Shown: positions 18,276 to 28,497 of the stretch, piece after piece
How positions within the stretch are numbered: the first letter of the stretch is position 1
Layout: each line of letters begins with the position of its first letter
DNA from: Bdellovibrionales bacterium
Lineage (GTDB): Bacteria > Bdellovibrionota > Bdellovibrionia > Bdellovibrionales > UBA1609
Assembly: GCA_050246815.1 (NCBI GenBank)
Contig: JBFWVI010000005.1
Location: 41,292 to 105,291, forward strand
Length of the DNA stretch: 64,000 bases
Reading direction: 5' to 3'
Notes under the pieces: model-generated
Database searches by the model: none
What the model saw: the letters and a program-made list of their open reading frames with translations, nothing else
Told to the model about the DNA's origin: nothing
Program-made: the position numbers and the translations under genes

Positions 18276-19825
18276 ATTTGGCCTCGAAGTGCGGTGAAAT
18301 GGTTTTGTTTTAGTTCGTGGGTGATAGATTCACCGGCGTCGATTTGAAATGGCTCACCAGCAAAGGCTTCCGCCACTTCAAGCAAAGACAGCGAGCTGTC
18401 CACAATCGCGGCTCCACGCTTGATTTTTTGCGCTTTACCTTGAAAGTTCATGAAAGTGCCATCTTTCTCGAAATAAGTTTTCAGCGGAATCTGCCATAGT
18501 GGTCCCGGAAATTTATCCAGCTCGGGATGCGAACCCGCAGCCAACCAAACTAAATTTGCGGCTTTGGTAAACTGTTTGATTTTCTCGCTAAGATCCGGGA
18601 ACACCGCTTGATTTTCGGGGCCTGCCACGATCAATGCGGTCACTTTACCGCTATCTAGACGCGAGGTCAGATCGGCCCACGTTTTCATGAGGTTGTGCTT
18701 CTGAAAGGCCGCCAAAAGCCCCTTGGTGTTGGGATTTTTATCGCCGCGGATCAATAGGCCATCAAAGCTTTCCACTGTTTCAGGGTTGTTGAGCCAATGG
18801 TAAACGTTTTTAACTCCCCAATTTTGGCTTAAGACCTGCAAAAACGCATCGTACTCTTCGTTGGTGTATTGACCGGTCAAAACCACGGCCACACTTTCTG
18901 GATTCGATTTAGCCCAGCCCTTCAGCTGCTCACCCACCTGTTTGGCCGCCGCCAAGGGATCCATGGTGCTGGTCGTGCCTTTGTCGGTGACCATCGCCGA
19001 CAGCAAGCGAAACTTTTTATTCACGTACTTGTAGGCGCCACGACCGTCGTCACACATCCAATGGCCGTTCACTTCAGGATTGTAACGGGGTTTCACGCGC
19101 CACAGCCCCTCTTCATTAAAGTGCACTTTGATGCTGCAACCGGTGGAGCAGCCGGGGCAGATGGTGTCGACTTCTTTTAGGTACCAAACCCGCTGGCGAA
19201 AACGAAAATCCTTCGACGTCAATGCACCCACAGGACAGATGTCCACAGTGTTCAGCGAGTATTTATTGTCGAGCGGTTTGCCTTCGAAGGTGCCGATTTC
19301 GCTGTGATCACCGCGGTTGAAAATACCAAGTTCATTGGTTTTTGAAACCTCGTCGGTGAAACGCACGCAGCGCGAACACAAAATGCAGCGTTCAGAATCC
19401 AACACCACCGTGGGGCCAAGATCGACGACCTTTTTCTTTTTCACTTTGGGTTCTGCCATTTCAGGATCGTACTGGCCGAAGCGCATATATTGCTCTTGCA
19501 AACCACACTCACCAGCCTGATCGCAGATTGGGCAATCCAGCGGGTGGTTGATCAGATGAAAGTCCATGCCCCAACGCACGGTTTCTTTGACAACATCGCT
19601 CGTGTTGTTGATGACCATACCCTCTTTGACTTCGGTGTTGCAGGCGATTTGAAGTTTTGGCATGCCTTCAATCTGCACCATGCACAATCGGCAAACGCCC
19701 GCGACCGAAAGGCCTGGGTGCCAGCAGTAGTGAGCGATGTCTTGATTGAGCATCTTGATGGCTTGAATGATGCTCGTTCCAGCGGGAACTTCAATTTCTT
19801 TGCCGTTGATTTTACATTTGGGCAT
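18272..19825 (-). CDS. nuoG: NADH-quinone oxidoreductase subunit G (short form)
   Basis: CRLCMV, HPLDCPICDQAGECGLQ, RCILCSRC and CPGCSTGC motifs. Confidence 0.93.
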   Translation of the reverse strand: MPKCKINGKEIEVPAGTSIIQAIKMLNQDIAHYCWHPGLSVAGVCRLCMVQIEGMPKLQIACNTEVKEGMVINNTSDVVKETVRWGMDFHLINHPLDCPICDQAGECGLQEQYMRFGQYDPEMAEPKVKKKKVVDLGPTVVLDSERCILCSRCVRFTDEVSKTNELGIFNRGDHSEIGTFEGKPLDNKYSLNTVDICPVGALTSKDFRFRQRVWYLKEVDTICPGCSTGCSIKVHFNEEGLWRVKPRYNPEVNGHWMCDDGRGAYKYVNKKFRLLSAMVTDKGTTSTMDPLAAAKQVGEQLKGWAKSNPESVAVVLTGQYTNEEYDAFLQVLSQNWGVKNVYHWLNNPETVESFDGLLIRGDKNPNTKGLLAAFQKHNLMKTWADLTSRLDSGKVTALIVAGPENQAVFPDLSEKIKQFTKAANLVWLAAGSHPELDKFPGPLWQIPLKTYFEKDGTFMNFQGKAQKIKRGAAIVDSSLSLLEVAEAFAGEPFQIDAGESITHELKQNHFTALRGQI

Positions 19826-21095
19826 GAGCCGTCCCTTTTACTTTTGAGCGCCCTTCGCGCACATAAAATTCAAATTCGTCACGGAATTTAGTTACAAAAC
19901 TGATTGCGGGCATGGCCGCCGCATCCGAAAGCGCACAGATAGTTTTGCCCATCATTTGCTCGGAAACGCGTTGAATCAGGTTGATATCTTGCAAGCGGCC
20001 GTGGCCACCCTTGATGCTATGAACGATTTTGCTGAGCCATCCGGTGCCCTCGCGGCACGGCGTGCACTGACCGCAAGACTCGTGATGGTAAAAATGCATG
20101 ATCACATCCAGCAGATCGACCATGCAGTTCGAATCATCAATCACGATCACGGCGCCCGACCCCAACATACTGCCTAAGCCCGCCAATGATTCGTAATCCA
20201 TATTGGCGCGATTAACTTCATCGGCGGTCAACACCGGGGCCGAAGAGCCTCCCGGAATAACGGCCTTCAAGGCACGGCCTGGTCTTAGACCACCGCAGAC
20301 TTTATTGATCAGATCTTTCAATGGCAAACCCAACGGCACTTCGTAGTTTCCAGGCCGCATCACATTGCCGCTGACTGAAAACAACTTCGTTCCCGGCGAT
20401 TTTTCGGTGCCGTATTTACGATAGGCCCCAGCGCCATCTTTGATGATCGGCACGACCGCAGCCAAAGTTTCGACATTGTTCACAATGGAGGGCTTGCGCA
20501 AATACCCTTGAAGCGCGGGAAATGGGGGTTTAAGTTTCGGCTGCCCCTTAAGACCTTCAAGCGACGAAATCATTCCTGTTTCTTCACCGCAAATGTAGGC
20601 GCCTGCACCCGAGTAGACATCCATGTGGTGTTTGAAGCCCGAACCCATCACTTTGTCGCCTAAAATCCCGGCGTCATAAGCCTCTTTAATCGCGGCGCGC
20701 ACGATATTAATGCACTCAACGTACTCACCGCGAATGTAAATGTAAGACTTGTGCGAGTTGATGGCAAAAGCCGAGATGACCATGCCCTCGATCAGTTGAT
20801 GAGGGGCCTTTTCCATCATCAAGCGATCTTTGAAGGTTCCGGGTTCACCTTCGTCCGCGTTGCACAACAAATAGCGGGGCTCGTTGTTGTTGGGTAAAAA
20901 ACTCCATTTAGTGCCCGTCGGAAAGCCTGCGCCGCCGCGACCGCGCAAACCGGAGGCCTTGACCTCTTCGACGATAGCTTTGGGCTCCATCTTCAAAGCC
21001 TTTTTTAAAACTTCATAACCGCCGTGCTTTTTATAGCCGGTCAGGCCACGAAACTCAGGCTTGTCATAATGTTCGGTCAGTAATTTAGTTTCCAT
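19812..21095 (-). CDS. nuoF: NADH-quinone oxidoreductase subunit F
   Basis: GRGGAGFP, NADEGEPGTFKD and ESCGQCTPCREG motifs. Confidence 0.97.
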   Translation of the reverse strand: METKLLTEHYDKPEFRGLTGYKKHGGYEVLKKALKMEPKAIVEEVKASGLRGRGGAGFPTGTKWSFLPNNNEPRYLLCNADEGEPGTFKDRLMMEKAPHQLIEGMVISAFAINSHKSYIYIRGEYVECINIVRAAIKEAYDAGILGDKVMGSGFKHHMDVYSGAGAYICGEETGMISSLEGLKGQPKLKPPFPALQGYLRKPSIVNNVETLAAVVPIIKDGAGAYRKYGTEKSPGTKLFSVSGNVMRPGNYEVPLGLPLKDLINKVCGGLRPGRALKAVIPGGSSAPVLTADEVNRANMDYESLAGLGSMLGSGAVIVIDDSNCMVDLLDVIMHFYHHESCGQCTPCREGTGWLSKIVHSIKGGHGRLQDINLIQRVSEQMMGKTICALSDAAAMPAISFVTKFRDEFEFYVREGRSKVKGTAHAQM

Positions 21096-21573
21096 GGCGC
21101 GCCTTCAATTCATTGATGATTTGCACGGCTTTTTCGTGGGTCAAATTTTCGTGATAGGCATCGTTGATCTGCATCATCGGCGCGGTTCCGCAAGAGCCCA
21201 GGCATTCCACCTTGGTGATCGTCATCATGCCGTCTTTGGACATTTCGTTTTCTTTGACGCCAAAGTGTTTGCATAAATGCGCAGCCAGTTCGCGCCCGCC
21301 ATTCATGGCGCACGAAATATTGGCGCACACTTGGATGTGCAGCTTGCCCACCGGCTGTTTATTGAACATGGTGTAGAACTTGGCCACTTCCCAGATGTGA
21401 GCCTCTGGAATTTGTGTCAGTTGACTTAGGTGTCGAATGCAATCGCCCGAAATCCATCCGCCGTTTTCTTTTTGCGCGCGATAGAGCGAGGGAATGATCG
21501 CCGAATATTTGTGTTCGTAACGAGTGAGCTCATTTTTTACGAACTCTTGGCCTTCTTTAGAAAGTTGAAACAT
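21085..21573 (-). CDS. nuoE: NADH-quinone oxidoreductase subunit E
   Basis: FYTMF, CANISC and ECLGSC motifs. Confidence 0.95.
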   Translation of the reverse strand: MFQLSKEGQEFVKNELTRYEHKYSAIIPSLYRAQKENGGWISGDCIRHLSQLTQIPEAHIWEVAKFYTMFNKQPVGKLHIQVCANISCAMNGGRELAAHLCKHFGVKENEMSKDGMMTITKVECLGSCGTAPMMQINDAYHENLTHEKAVQIINELKARHGN

Positions 21574-21582
21574 GCTTATCCC

Positions 21583-23259
21583 CTACCGGTCCAATTCGCC
21601 GGCAATCAAGTTCATGCTGCCCAAAATGGCAATCACATCCGCGACCAGGCCGCCGGTGATCTGCTTTGGGAACGATTGGTAAATGGCAAAGCAAGGCGGA
21701 CGCACCTTCAAACGATAGGGACGCCCCGAGTTGTCGCTGACCAGATAAAATCCAAGCTCGCCGTTGGCGCCTTCTAGCGCATCATAGATTTCGCCCGCCG
21801 GCGGACGAAGACCCTTGATGACCAACATAAAGTGATTCATAAGGCCTTCGATGTTGCCGTAGACGTCTTTTTTCTCGGGCAAAACAATGGATTTATCGCG
21901 AATGGTGTAATCACCCGGTGGAATATTCTTAGCCACTTGTTCGACAATCTTTAACGATTCGCGCATTTCAGCGACACGCACCAAGTAGCGATCAAAAACA
22001 TCGCCGCTGGTGCCCACGGGAACATCAAAGTCCAAAGATTCATAGCCGTAGTAGGGATCCGCTTTGCGCAAATCGAGGGCCACACCCGCCGCACGCAAAC
22101 AGGGCCCTGTGTAACCCCACTGAATCGCCTCATCAGCACCAATTGAACCGACGCCACGTGTGCGCTCGATCCAGATCTTGTTGCCGGTCAAAAGTTTATC
22201 CAGCTCGTCGATCCCCTGACGCATCTCTTTGCAGAACTGCAAAACATCTTTGTACCAACCCTCGGGAGGATTGTTGGCCATCCCCCCCACCCGGGTCATC
22301 GACACGGTCAAACGAGCACCGCAGAGTTTTTCAAACAGCGTGTAGACCTTTTCGCGGTACTGAAACAAATGGAAGAAGCCGGTCAACGCGCCCAGGTCCA
22401 CTGCGTTTGCGCCGATGCAGACGATATGGTCAATGACTCGCGAGAGCTCCATTAAAATAACCCGAATGGCCTGCGCTTTGGGCGGAATCTGCACGCCAAG
22501 CATTTTTTCAACCGTTTTGCAGTAGGCCACGTTGTTAATCGGAGCCGAACAATAGTTCAAACGATCGGTGTAGGGGATCACTTGGTTGTAGGGGTGGGTT
22601 TCGGCCATCTTCTCAAAACAGCGATGCAAAAAGCCCAGCTCGACGCCCGCGCGATGGACCTTCTCACCGTCCAACTGCACCATCACCCGGAGTGTTCCGT
22701 GAGTGGCTGGATGCGAGGGGCCGATGTTGAGTGGGACCAAGTCTTTACCGTTGTTTTGATAGTCAGGATCATTGTCAAAGTGAACCGGCAAAGCTTCAGT
22801 GCAATGTTGTTGCAAATCAGCCGGATAATCTTTGCGCAGCGGATGGCCCTTGAATTGATGGTGGGTCAAAATGCGGCGCATATTGGGGTGGCCGTCGAAG
22901 CGAATGCCGAACATGTCGTACACTTCACGCTCAAACCAATCGGCGCCACGCCAAACAGTCATCGCAGTTGAAACGGTCTCACCTTCGGCAAGACGGGTCT
23001 TCAAACGAGCGCGATGGTAGGTCTTTGAAGAAAACAACTCGTAAACAACCTCGAAGCGCTTGGCACGCTCGGGGTAGTCGGCGGCAGTCACATGCATCAA
23101 AAAATCAAAACGGCCGGTGTCTTTGAAATGCTTCAGCACAGGCACAATGTACTCCGGCGCCATAATGACAATGTTACCGCCGTTTTGGTGCACGAATTCA
23201 AAGGCCGTGCCTTTGAATCGGTCTTCGATCTCTTGTTTTATGCTATCAAGAACGTTCAT
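21583..23259 (-). CDS. nuoCD: NADH-quinone oxidoreductase fused subunit C/D
   Basis: [16 protein letters not shown] (C) fused to [14 protein letters not shown] (D). Confidence 0.95.
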   Translation of the reverse strand: MNVLDSIKQEIEDRFKGTAFEFVHQNGGNIVIMAPEYIVPVLKHFKDTGRFDFLMHVTAADYPERAKRFEVVYELFSSKTYHRARLKTRLAEGETVSTAMTVWRGADWFEREVYDMFGIRFDGHPNMRRILTHHQFKGHPLRKDYPADLQQHCTEALPVHFDNDPDYQNNGKDLVPLNIGPSHPATHGTLRVMVQLDGEKVHRAGVELGFLHRCFEKMAETHPYNQVIPYTDRLNYCSAPINNVAYCKTVEKMLGVQIPPKAQAIRVILMELSRVIDHIVCIGANAVDLGALTGFFHLFQYREKVYTLFEKLCGARLTVSMTRVGGMANNPPEGWYKDVLQFCKEMRQGIDELDKLLTGNKIWIERTRGVGSIGADEAIQWGYTGPCLRAAGVALDLRKADPYYGYESLDFDVPVGTSGDVFDRYLVRVAEMRESLKIVEQVAKNIPPGDYTIRDKSIVLPEKKDVYGNIEGLMNHFMLVIKGLRPPAGEIYDALEGANGELGFYLVSDNSGRPYRLKVRPPCFAIYQSFPKQITGGLVADVIAILGSMNLIAGELDR

Positions 23260-23795
23260 CGGTACTCACCCGGCTTCCAACTGTCTTTCCACGGACGCGG
23301 CGACAGGTTTTCAATCATTTTCTGCACGACCATAATGCCGTCCAAAACGGCCTCTGGTGTTGGAGGGCAACCGGGTACATAAACATCCACCGGCACCACT
23401 TTGTCGACGCCCTGAAGAACATGATAGGCGCGGTAAAAGCCGCCCGAAGATGCACAAGCCCCCATGGCGATGACATATTTGGGTTCAAGCATTTGTTCAT
23501 AAATCTTGCTGACAACCGGAGCCATTTTTTCTGTGATGGTGCCGGCGACCAAGAGCAAATCAGCTTGACGCGGAGAAAAGCGCACAACCTCGGCGCCAAA
23601 ACGAGCCAAGTCGTAGCGAGGCCCCATCACTGACATCAGTTCGATTCCGCAGCATGCGGTCCCAAACGGCATCGGCCAAAGTGAGTTTTTGCGGCCCCAG
23701 GCCACCAGCTTGTCGATTTGAGTCGTAAAGGCGAAGGAGCGCGAGTGCTCAACCAACTCGCGGTCATGGGCCTTGCTTCGAGCACTTTCGGCCAT
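23256..23795 (-). CDS. nuoB: NADH-quinone oxidoreductase subunit B
   Basis: [21 protein letters not shown] and PGCPP motifs. Confidence 0.97.
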   Translation of the reverse strand: MAESARSKAHDRELVEHSRSFAFTTQIDKLVAWGRKNSLWPMPFGTACCGIELMSVMGPRYDLARFGAEVVRFSPRQADLLLVAGTITEKMAPVVSKIYEQMLEPKYVIAMGACASSGGFYRAYHVLQGVDKVVPVDVYVPGCPPTPEAVLDGIMVVQKMIENLSPRPWKDSWKPGEYR

Positions 23796-23866
23796 AAATC
23801 CCCTGAACTAAAGCTTGCTGCCGTTTAAATTTGTTTTTGAAAACCAGATAAGAATTAGCATCTAAT

Positions 23867-24345
23867 TTATGCACTTGTCGAGAGTTTGGGGCCAGCCCAA
23901 AACCCTCGAGTTGCGGCGCGTAAAGCGTCCCCAGCGGAAGCGTTTGGAAATTGGTGAGACAGGGTTTCTTTCGCACGCTGCAGATCCCTTGCCGTTTCCG
24001 CGTAAAGATTCATGGAGTGGCGCGTCGTTTCTGCGTCCACCACGACGGTGCACTCGGGCGGCAAAGACTTTGCGGCTTCCAGAAAAAGACCAATCAGGAT
24101 TCGCTCGGCTTGCACAGATTTATTCTCGATTTTTTCGACCACGTTCATCATCTGTTTTACGATTCCCAGACTGCCGATGAATTGATGTCACTTCTGCGTT
24201 GAATTGAGTTTTAAGTTTTGACCTGTGCACGCGCTGCCCCTTCACTTGCGCTAACCGTACCACGCGAAGCTTCGCCATCCTGGCCGTCCGAGCTTCGATC
24301 TGGGAACCGATTTTTCTTTTTTGGTTCCGCAGCGGAACCACTTTT
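23867..24345 (-). pseudogene. Remnant of an HNH-endonuclease/DUF222-like repeat-family gene
   Basis: 'EKIENKS..AERIL...LQRAKETLSH.FPNAS' matches, from recall, the mid-section of multicopy Bdellovibrionota HNH proteins; N-terminus and HNH domain absent; GGTTCCGC-A-GCGGAACC palindrome upstream. Confidence 0.55.
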
Positions 24346-24408
24346 TGATCGTTAATGGGAAAATTTAATTTCTCTCTCTAAAAATCGACAAACAATTTCA
24401 CTTTTCCA

Positions 24409-24437
24409 TTGGAAATTCCGCCGTGATCGTTTATTCT
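24409..24437 (+). promoter_or_regulatory. Putative sigma70 promoter
   Basis: TTGGAA-N17-TATTCT. Confidence 0.5.
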
Positions 24438-24465
24438 TCAATCACTCTATGAAAGGAGGTCAGAC

Positions 24466-24588
24466 ATGGTGAATACATTTTCAAAATTGCCGATTGATTG
24501 CGGCGCAACAACTCGTAGCGGAATGATTCCCGATGGAATCGCTCGACGTGGACTGACCTCGATTGCTCTGCCATTCTCGCATTGCTAA
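24466..24588 (+). CDS. 40-aa small ORF or leader peptide
   Basis: Perfect SD AAAGGAGGT 5 nt before ATG; MVNTFSKLPIDCGATTRSGMIPDGIARRGLTSIALPFSHC. Confidence 0.55.
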   Translation: MVNTFSKLPIDCGATTRSGMIPDGIARRGLTSIALPFSHC

Positions 24589-24595
24589 ATCCCCT

Positions 24596-24770
24596 GTCAG
24601 CCTAACGAGTTAGAACGATTTTAAAGGTCATTTTTTGACCTTCGGGCCTGAGGTTCGTTAGCAAGACGCGCTTCGCGCTTGAAGGTCTGACTTTGACTTT
24701 TCAAAAGTTTGTGTGCCCGCGATTCGGCTTGGGTCGAATTGCATCGCGCTTATAAATAAAAATTATTTAT
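24596..24770 (+). ncRNA. Candidate multi-stem structured RNA
   Basis: Nested or serial stems GTCAG/CTGAC, CTAACGA/TCGTTAG, AAGGTCA/TGACCTT, CAAG.CGCG/CGCGCTTG, GCGAT/ATCGC enclosing TTCGGC/GTCGAA, ATAAATAA/TTATTTAT. Confidence 0.45.
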
Positions 24771-24784
24771 TAGGAGATTTTAAA

Positions 24785-25024
24785 ATGAAACTAGCTAAAA
24801 TGAACTATGGCGTACCGATACTTTGGTTCGCCGCGAACGAAAAAAGAAATTGGCGGGTTTTGGCTCAGTATCCCCTGCTGGCCGCCCGACTGATGGTGCA
24901 AGGTGCAAATTTGTTCTTTGGTTTATTCCAAGGGCAAGTCGTCCGGGTAGTGGGCCCGGGCATACCACCGGAACCCTTCAATGCCGTTGACCGAGTCCAG
25001 TGGCCGAACGCATGGCCACACTAA
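24785..25024 (+). CDS. 79-aa hypothetical ORF
   Basis: TAGGAG SD before ATG 24785; no recognisable domain. Confidence 0.4.
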   Translation: MKLAKMNYGVPILWFAANEKRNWRVLAQYPLLAARLMVQGANLFFGLFQGQVVRVVGPGIPPEPFNAVDRVQWPNAWPH

Positions 25025-25202
25025 TTCGTCCATCCCCTGGCGAAATGGCTCGGGCCGACGCGCATTGTATCCTCCCTCACATTCGCAAGGGGGCAGCCCC
25101 ACTCTGCCCTCTTGTTTTCTCTTTCGTACCTGTAGCGACACCACGGCTGTCGAACAAAAAATGGCATCATAACGGCGCCTTTCCCTTATAAACGAGCCTT
25201 CA

Positions 25203-25218
25203 TGGTACACAACCTGCA
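25203..25218 (+). promoter_or_regulatory. Putative sigma54 promoter giving a near-leaderless mRNA
   Basis: TGGTACACAACCTGCA (GG-N10-GC), 13 nt before ATG 25231; no SD. Confidence 0.55.
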
Positions 25219-25230
25219 CTCTTTATCTGC

Positions 25231-28200
25231 ATGTTGAAAGTGCGCGCATTTTTCTTGTTTTTAAGTCTGCTTTTGGGATGGGCCCAGCTGGCCCTGGGTC
25301 AAAACGGGCCGGTTTCGCCCACCCTCGAGTCCCTGCGCCTCACTCATACAATTTACGCCGGCCTGCTTGAAGCCTACAAAAGCGAAGGCCAATCGGATTA
25401 CCACCCTGAGTTCCTAGCTTATCGCGCTTACTTTAAAACCTTTTTGGCCGATTGGAATCAGGCTCTTGAATCGGGGCAGGTGCGAAACAGCCGGCATTAC
25501 TGGCAATCCGTCAAAACGCGCGACACCTACCTGGGTCGCTTTTACTCCGTTTGGCAAAGAATCCACCCTTACGATGCCGGCGCCACTGGGCAAATGATCA
25601 ACTTGGGCCATTACCGCAATAGTTTTTTGACCCAAGTGGTCAACTCGGAGACCCAAAAAAATTATGAGCAGCGTCTGGAGCTGATTTTGAACTGGGCTGA
25701 TCAATTTTTAATTCAGACCAACACTGACGTGGAACTTGGAATTAGAATCGTCAGTGCCTTTCGATTTCATAAGGACCCCCACATTCGCGAACAATCGCGA
25801 CGAATTATAGCCTCAAGCCCTCGCTTTGCGAAAATCGCAAGCGGTTTGATTTTGCTGCGCGATCTAACCTTGCTTTGGCAGGCCGGCTTAAAATCAATCA
25901 CATTACCGCCCAAAATGACGGCAGGAATTTCAAGTCACGCCCACCAATTCAAAGGCCCTTTGGATAAACTGCGCGCACTATGGCCCAGGGAGCTCTTCGG
26001 TAAAATCCCCACGATTTGGAAAGCCGGCGCGACCTCTGTCGCCGCCCATGGCGCGATCATCGCCACACCAAAATCAACACCGTCCCCCATCAAGATTGAA
26101 GTGGACCACACTGATTATCCCCACGTTTTTTTACTGACAGCCCTACGCGCAAACCTGTTTCAGGTTGAAACTGCAGACAACGATCTTGTGGATTTTAAGC
26201 CACAAACCTTTGCCTTCAAACTTGATCGGTGGCGACAAAAAGGGGTTGCGGTCATCAAAAACCCAAAGACCGATTTGGACTGGTCACAATTCTTTCTGGA
26301 AGGCGAATTGCTTTTGAACTTTTGGCAAGGCAGTCGCGAACTGACCGCCGCGACCTCGCTGCAGGCCTTACAAAACTCACAAAAGCATTTTAGCGCAATC
26401 CCACCTGGCGCTATCGAAACCTTTCGAGAAAATTTGCTCACCCATATTTTAAAAGATTATCGTGGCAAACGACGAACATTAACAGGTCTTTTTTTGGACT
26501 GGGGCGGCAACTGCGTTTCACAAACCCTGGCCACAATTTCATATCTAAAAAAATACCCTGGGCTCATTCCCGCCGGGTATCAATTGGGTGTGGCCCATGT
26601 GCCCAATCACATGGAAGCCGTTCTTATGAACGATCAAGAGATTTGGTTTTTGATGTCCGGAAAAAAATGGCTGAATGATCAGTCCATCACGGTTTTACGC
26701 CCCGAGTCCCTGATTGCACGCGCCCTTGGCGCGACTGGCGCCAACACCCCAATCTCGCTGGCCGATTTTTATTTGGCGGGCAAGCCCGATCATATCCAGC
26801 AGCAAAAAGTGCCAGCGAACACGCATATGCTTCTTGAAAAAGTCGACAATTCTTTCTCAGAAAGCGGCTTGGCTGGTGGCCTGGGACGCCTTTTTGCTTT
26901 TAAACACATCCACAAATTTCCGAGCAGCACGCCCGATTGGGCTGAAATGCGTTACGCGCGCAGTAGCGATGAAATTCGTAAGGCAAGTGCCGAACAAAAC
27001 GGCAACTTAGATCTTGGCTTTACGTTTAGCTCATTGCTCAAAACAAAAAAAACCGATGAACCGGGCATTCGCTACTTAGTGCGCGACGTCACTATGGCGG
27101 GCACAAAAATAAAACTTTGCCTTATCGAAAACTCTGAATTCCCCCCTGTCAGATATTCTGAGCTGCCGTGCCTTTACACAGGTAAAAGGAATAAAACCGA
27201 ATTAATCACCAAACTTATCAATATCAGCAGCAACTCTTCTTGGTGGACACACAGTACTGACGTGTTTAATAGCGTTTTCATCAGTGTGCCGCCAAGCTCT
27301 TTCGACCGATTAATGGCCATGCCGCCCGAACTCTGGCTGTTAATGAGTCTGCACGATGGCTTGGATGAAGTTAAAACCAAACTGCTCCCCGAAGTTTCCG
27401 ATGCGGCTGTGGCGCGCATTCAAAGCGGCCGGCCAGTCGCGCAGGACGCAAAGATTGTGGAGGCCCTTGCTCATCCCGTCTTTAACCCAAGTGGCGAAGT
27501 TCTAGACGCCTCCATAAACTGGCTTTACATGTTTCCGGACGAACTTCATAAGCTACTTTTGACCCTGTGGCCATCTGGTCAGATGGCTTCGTCCAAAAAA
27601 ACGCGCGATTGCTATAACTATAAATTGTGCGCGCCAAGCGCCTGGCAGCACAATTATGAATACCTCGAACAGATCACACGAAGCAGCGTTTCCAAGCTGG
27701 AACCATGGACTTCTTCAAAATCCTTCGCACAGCTGAAGAACTTTAGTCTTTTTCTACAGCAAATTCAGACTTACACATCTCGACATGAAGCCTTACCCGA
27801 GTTTTTTCGAATGTACCCGCATTGGCCACACCCTTTTCGTTGGACCTTCGTAAAAATCTGGAGAAAACTTTTTTTGGGTTCGTCCTCACTTTTCTACGTG
27901 GCGCAGATGCGCGAATTCTTAAACTCTTTGGATCCGAATAAAATTCAAATTGCAGATATAAAAAGTCTCAACCCTGGCCAGCAGGCCAGCTGCGTGCCAA
28001 GGTCGATTAATTTACCCATTCGCACTAATACCCCAAGCGTTCACACCCTGGGCCCGATCGTGAACCACCTGCTCACTTGTGACGAGGTCGATTTGCACAA
28101 ACAAGGGACAGATCCTTCGTCCTTAAACATGAATGATTCAAAAATGCTGGGGCAATCCAACCCTGAAGTTTTGGATCCACTCATTCTTGCAGAATTATCT

Positions 28201-28497
28201 TTGGCGTTTTCAGGGGGAGTCCATCTTTGGAACAATCTGGTGTTTGAGCGGGTCAAAACATTTGCCCCGATGTGGGCACAAGCGGGCATTGCGCCTGTTT
28301 CAAGTGTGCAAGCTGATCCTATAGACGCGATTTTTCCCCATTATGCCCGAGAGACTGTGCGCCGCTATAATTGGACGGCGATCTACCGGCAAGCTGCTGA
28401 GGCCGTTTATGAAGTTTTGCCTCGGGCGATCAACTATCGACCTGTTCCAACGAATCCTCGCCCGCCACAACATCAAGCAGACACTTATTGTGACTAA
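25231..28497 (+). CDS. Large exported protein with transglutaminase/papain-like Cys-His motif
   Basis: Signal peptide ALG|Q; 'GGNCVSQTL...VPNHMEAV'. Confidence 0.7.
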   Translation: MLKVRAFFLFLSLLLGWAQLALGQNGPVSPTLESLRLTHTIYAGLLEAYKSEGQSDYHPEFLAYRAYFKTFLADWNQALESGQVRNSRHYWQSVKTRDTYLGRFYSVWQRIHPYDAGATGQMINLGHYRNSFLTQVVNSETQKNYEQRLELILNWADQFLIQTNTDVELGIRIVSAFRFHKDPHIREQSRRIIASSPRFAKIASGLILLRDLTLLWQAGLKSITLPPKMTAGISSHAHQFKGPLDKLRALWPRELFGKIPTIWKAGATSVAAHGAIIATPKSTPSPIKIEVDHTDYPHVFLLTALRANLFQVETADNDLVDFKPQTFAFKLDRWRQKGVAVIKNPKTDLDWSQFFLEGELLLNFWQGSRELTAATSLQALQNSQKHFSAIPPGAIETFRENLLTHILKDYRGKRRTLTGLFLDWGGNCVSQTLATISYLKKYPGLIPAGYQLGVAHVPNHMEAVLMNDQEIWFLMSGKKWLNDQSITVLRPESLIARALGATGANTPISLADFYLAGKPDHIQQQKVPANTHMLLEKVDNSFSESGLAGGLGRLFAFKHIHKFPSSTPDWAEMRYARSSDEIRKASAEQNGNLDLGFTFSSLLKTKKTDEPGIRYLVRDVTMAGTKIKLCLIENSEFPPVRYSELPCLYTGKRNKTELITKLINISSNSSWWTHSTDVFNSVFISVPPSSFDRLMAMPPELWLLMSLHDGLDEVKTKLLPEVSDAAVARIQSGRPVAQDAKIVEALAHPVFNPSGEVLDASINWLYMFPDELHKLLLTLWPSGQMASSKKTRDCYNYKLCAPSAWQHNYEYLEQITRSSVSKLEPWTSSKSFAQLKNFSLFLQQIQTYTSRHEALPEFFRMYPHWPHPFRWTFVKIWRKLFLGSSSLFYVAQMREFLNSLDPNKIQIADIKSLNPGQQASCVPRSINLPIRTNTPSVHTLGPIVNHLLTCDEVDLHKQGTDPSSLNMNDSKMLGQSNPEVLDPLILAELSLAFSGGVHLWNNLVFERVKTFAPMWAQAGIAPVSSVQADPIDAIFPHYARETVRRYNWTAIYRQAAEAVYEVLPRAINYRPVPTNPRPPQHQADTYCD

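Noticed and set aside
24711..24720. Group IIC intron 5' end (GTGTGCCCG after a hairpin)
   Set aside because: The match ends after 9 nt; no domain V/VI or RT ORF follows
24923..25219. 98-aa minus-strand ORF
   Set aside because: No SD or recognisable domain; it overlaps the better-supported plus-strand ORF and the sigma54 promoter
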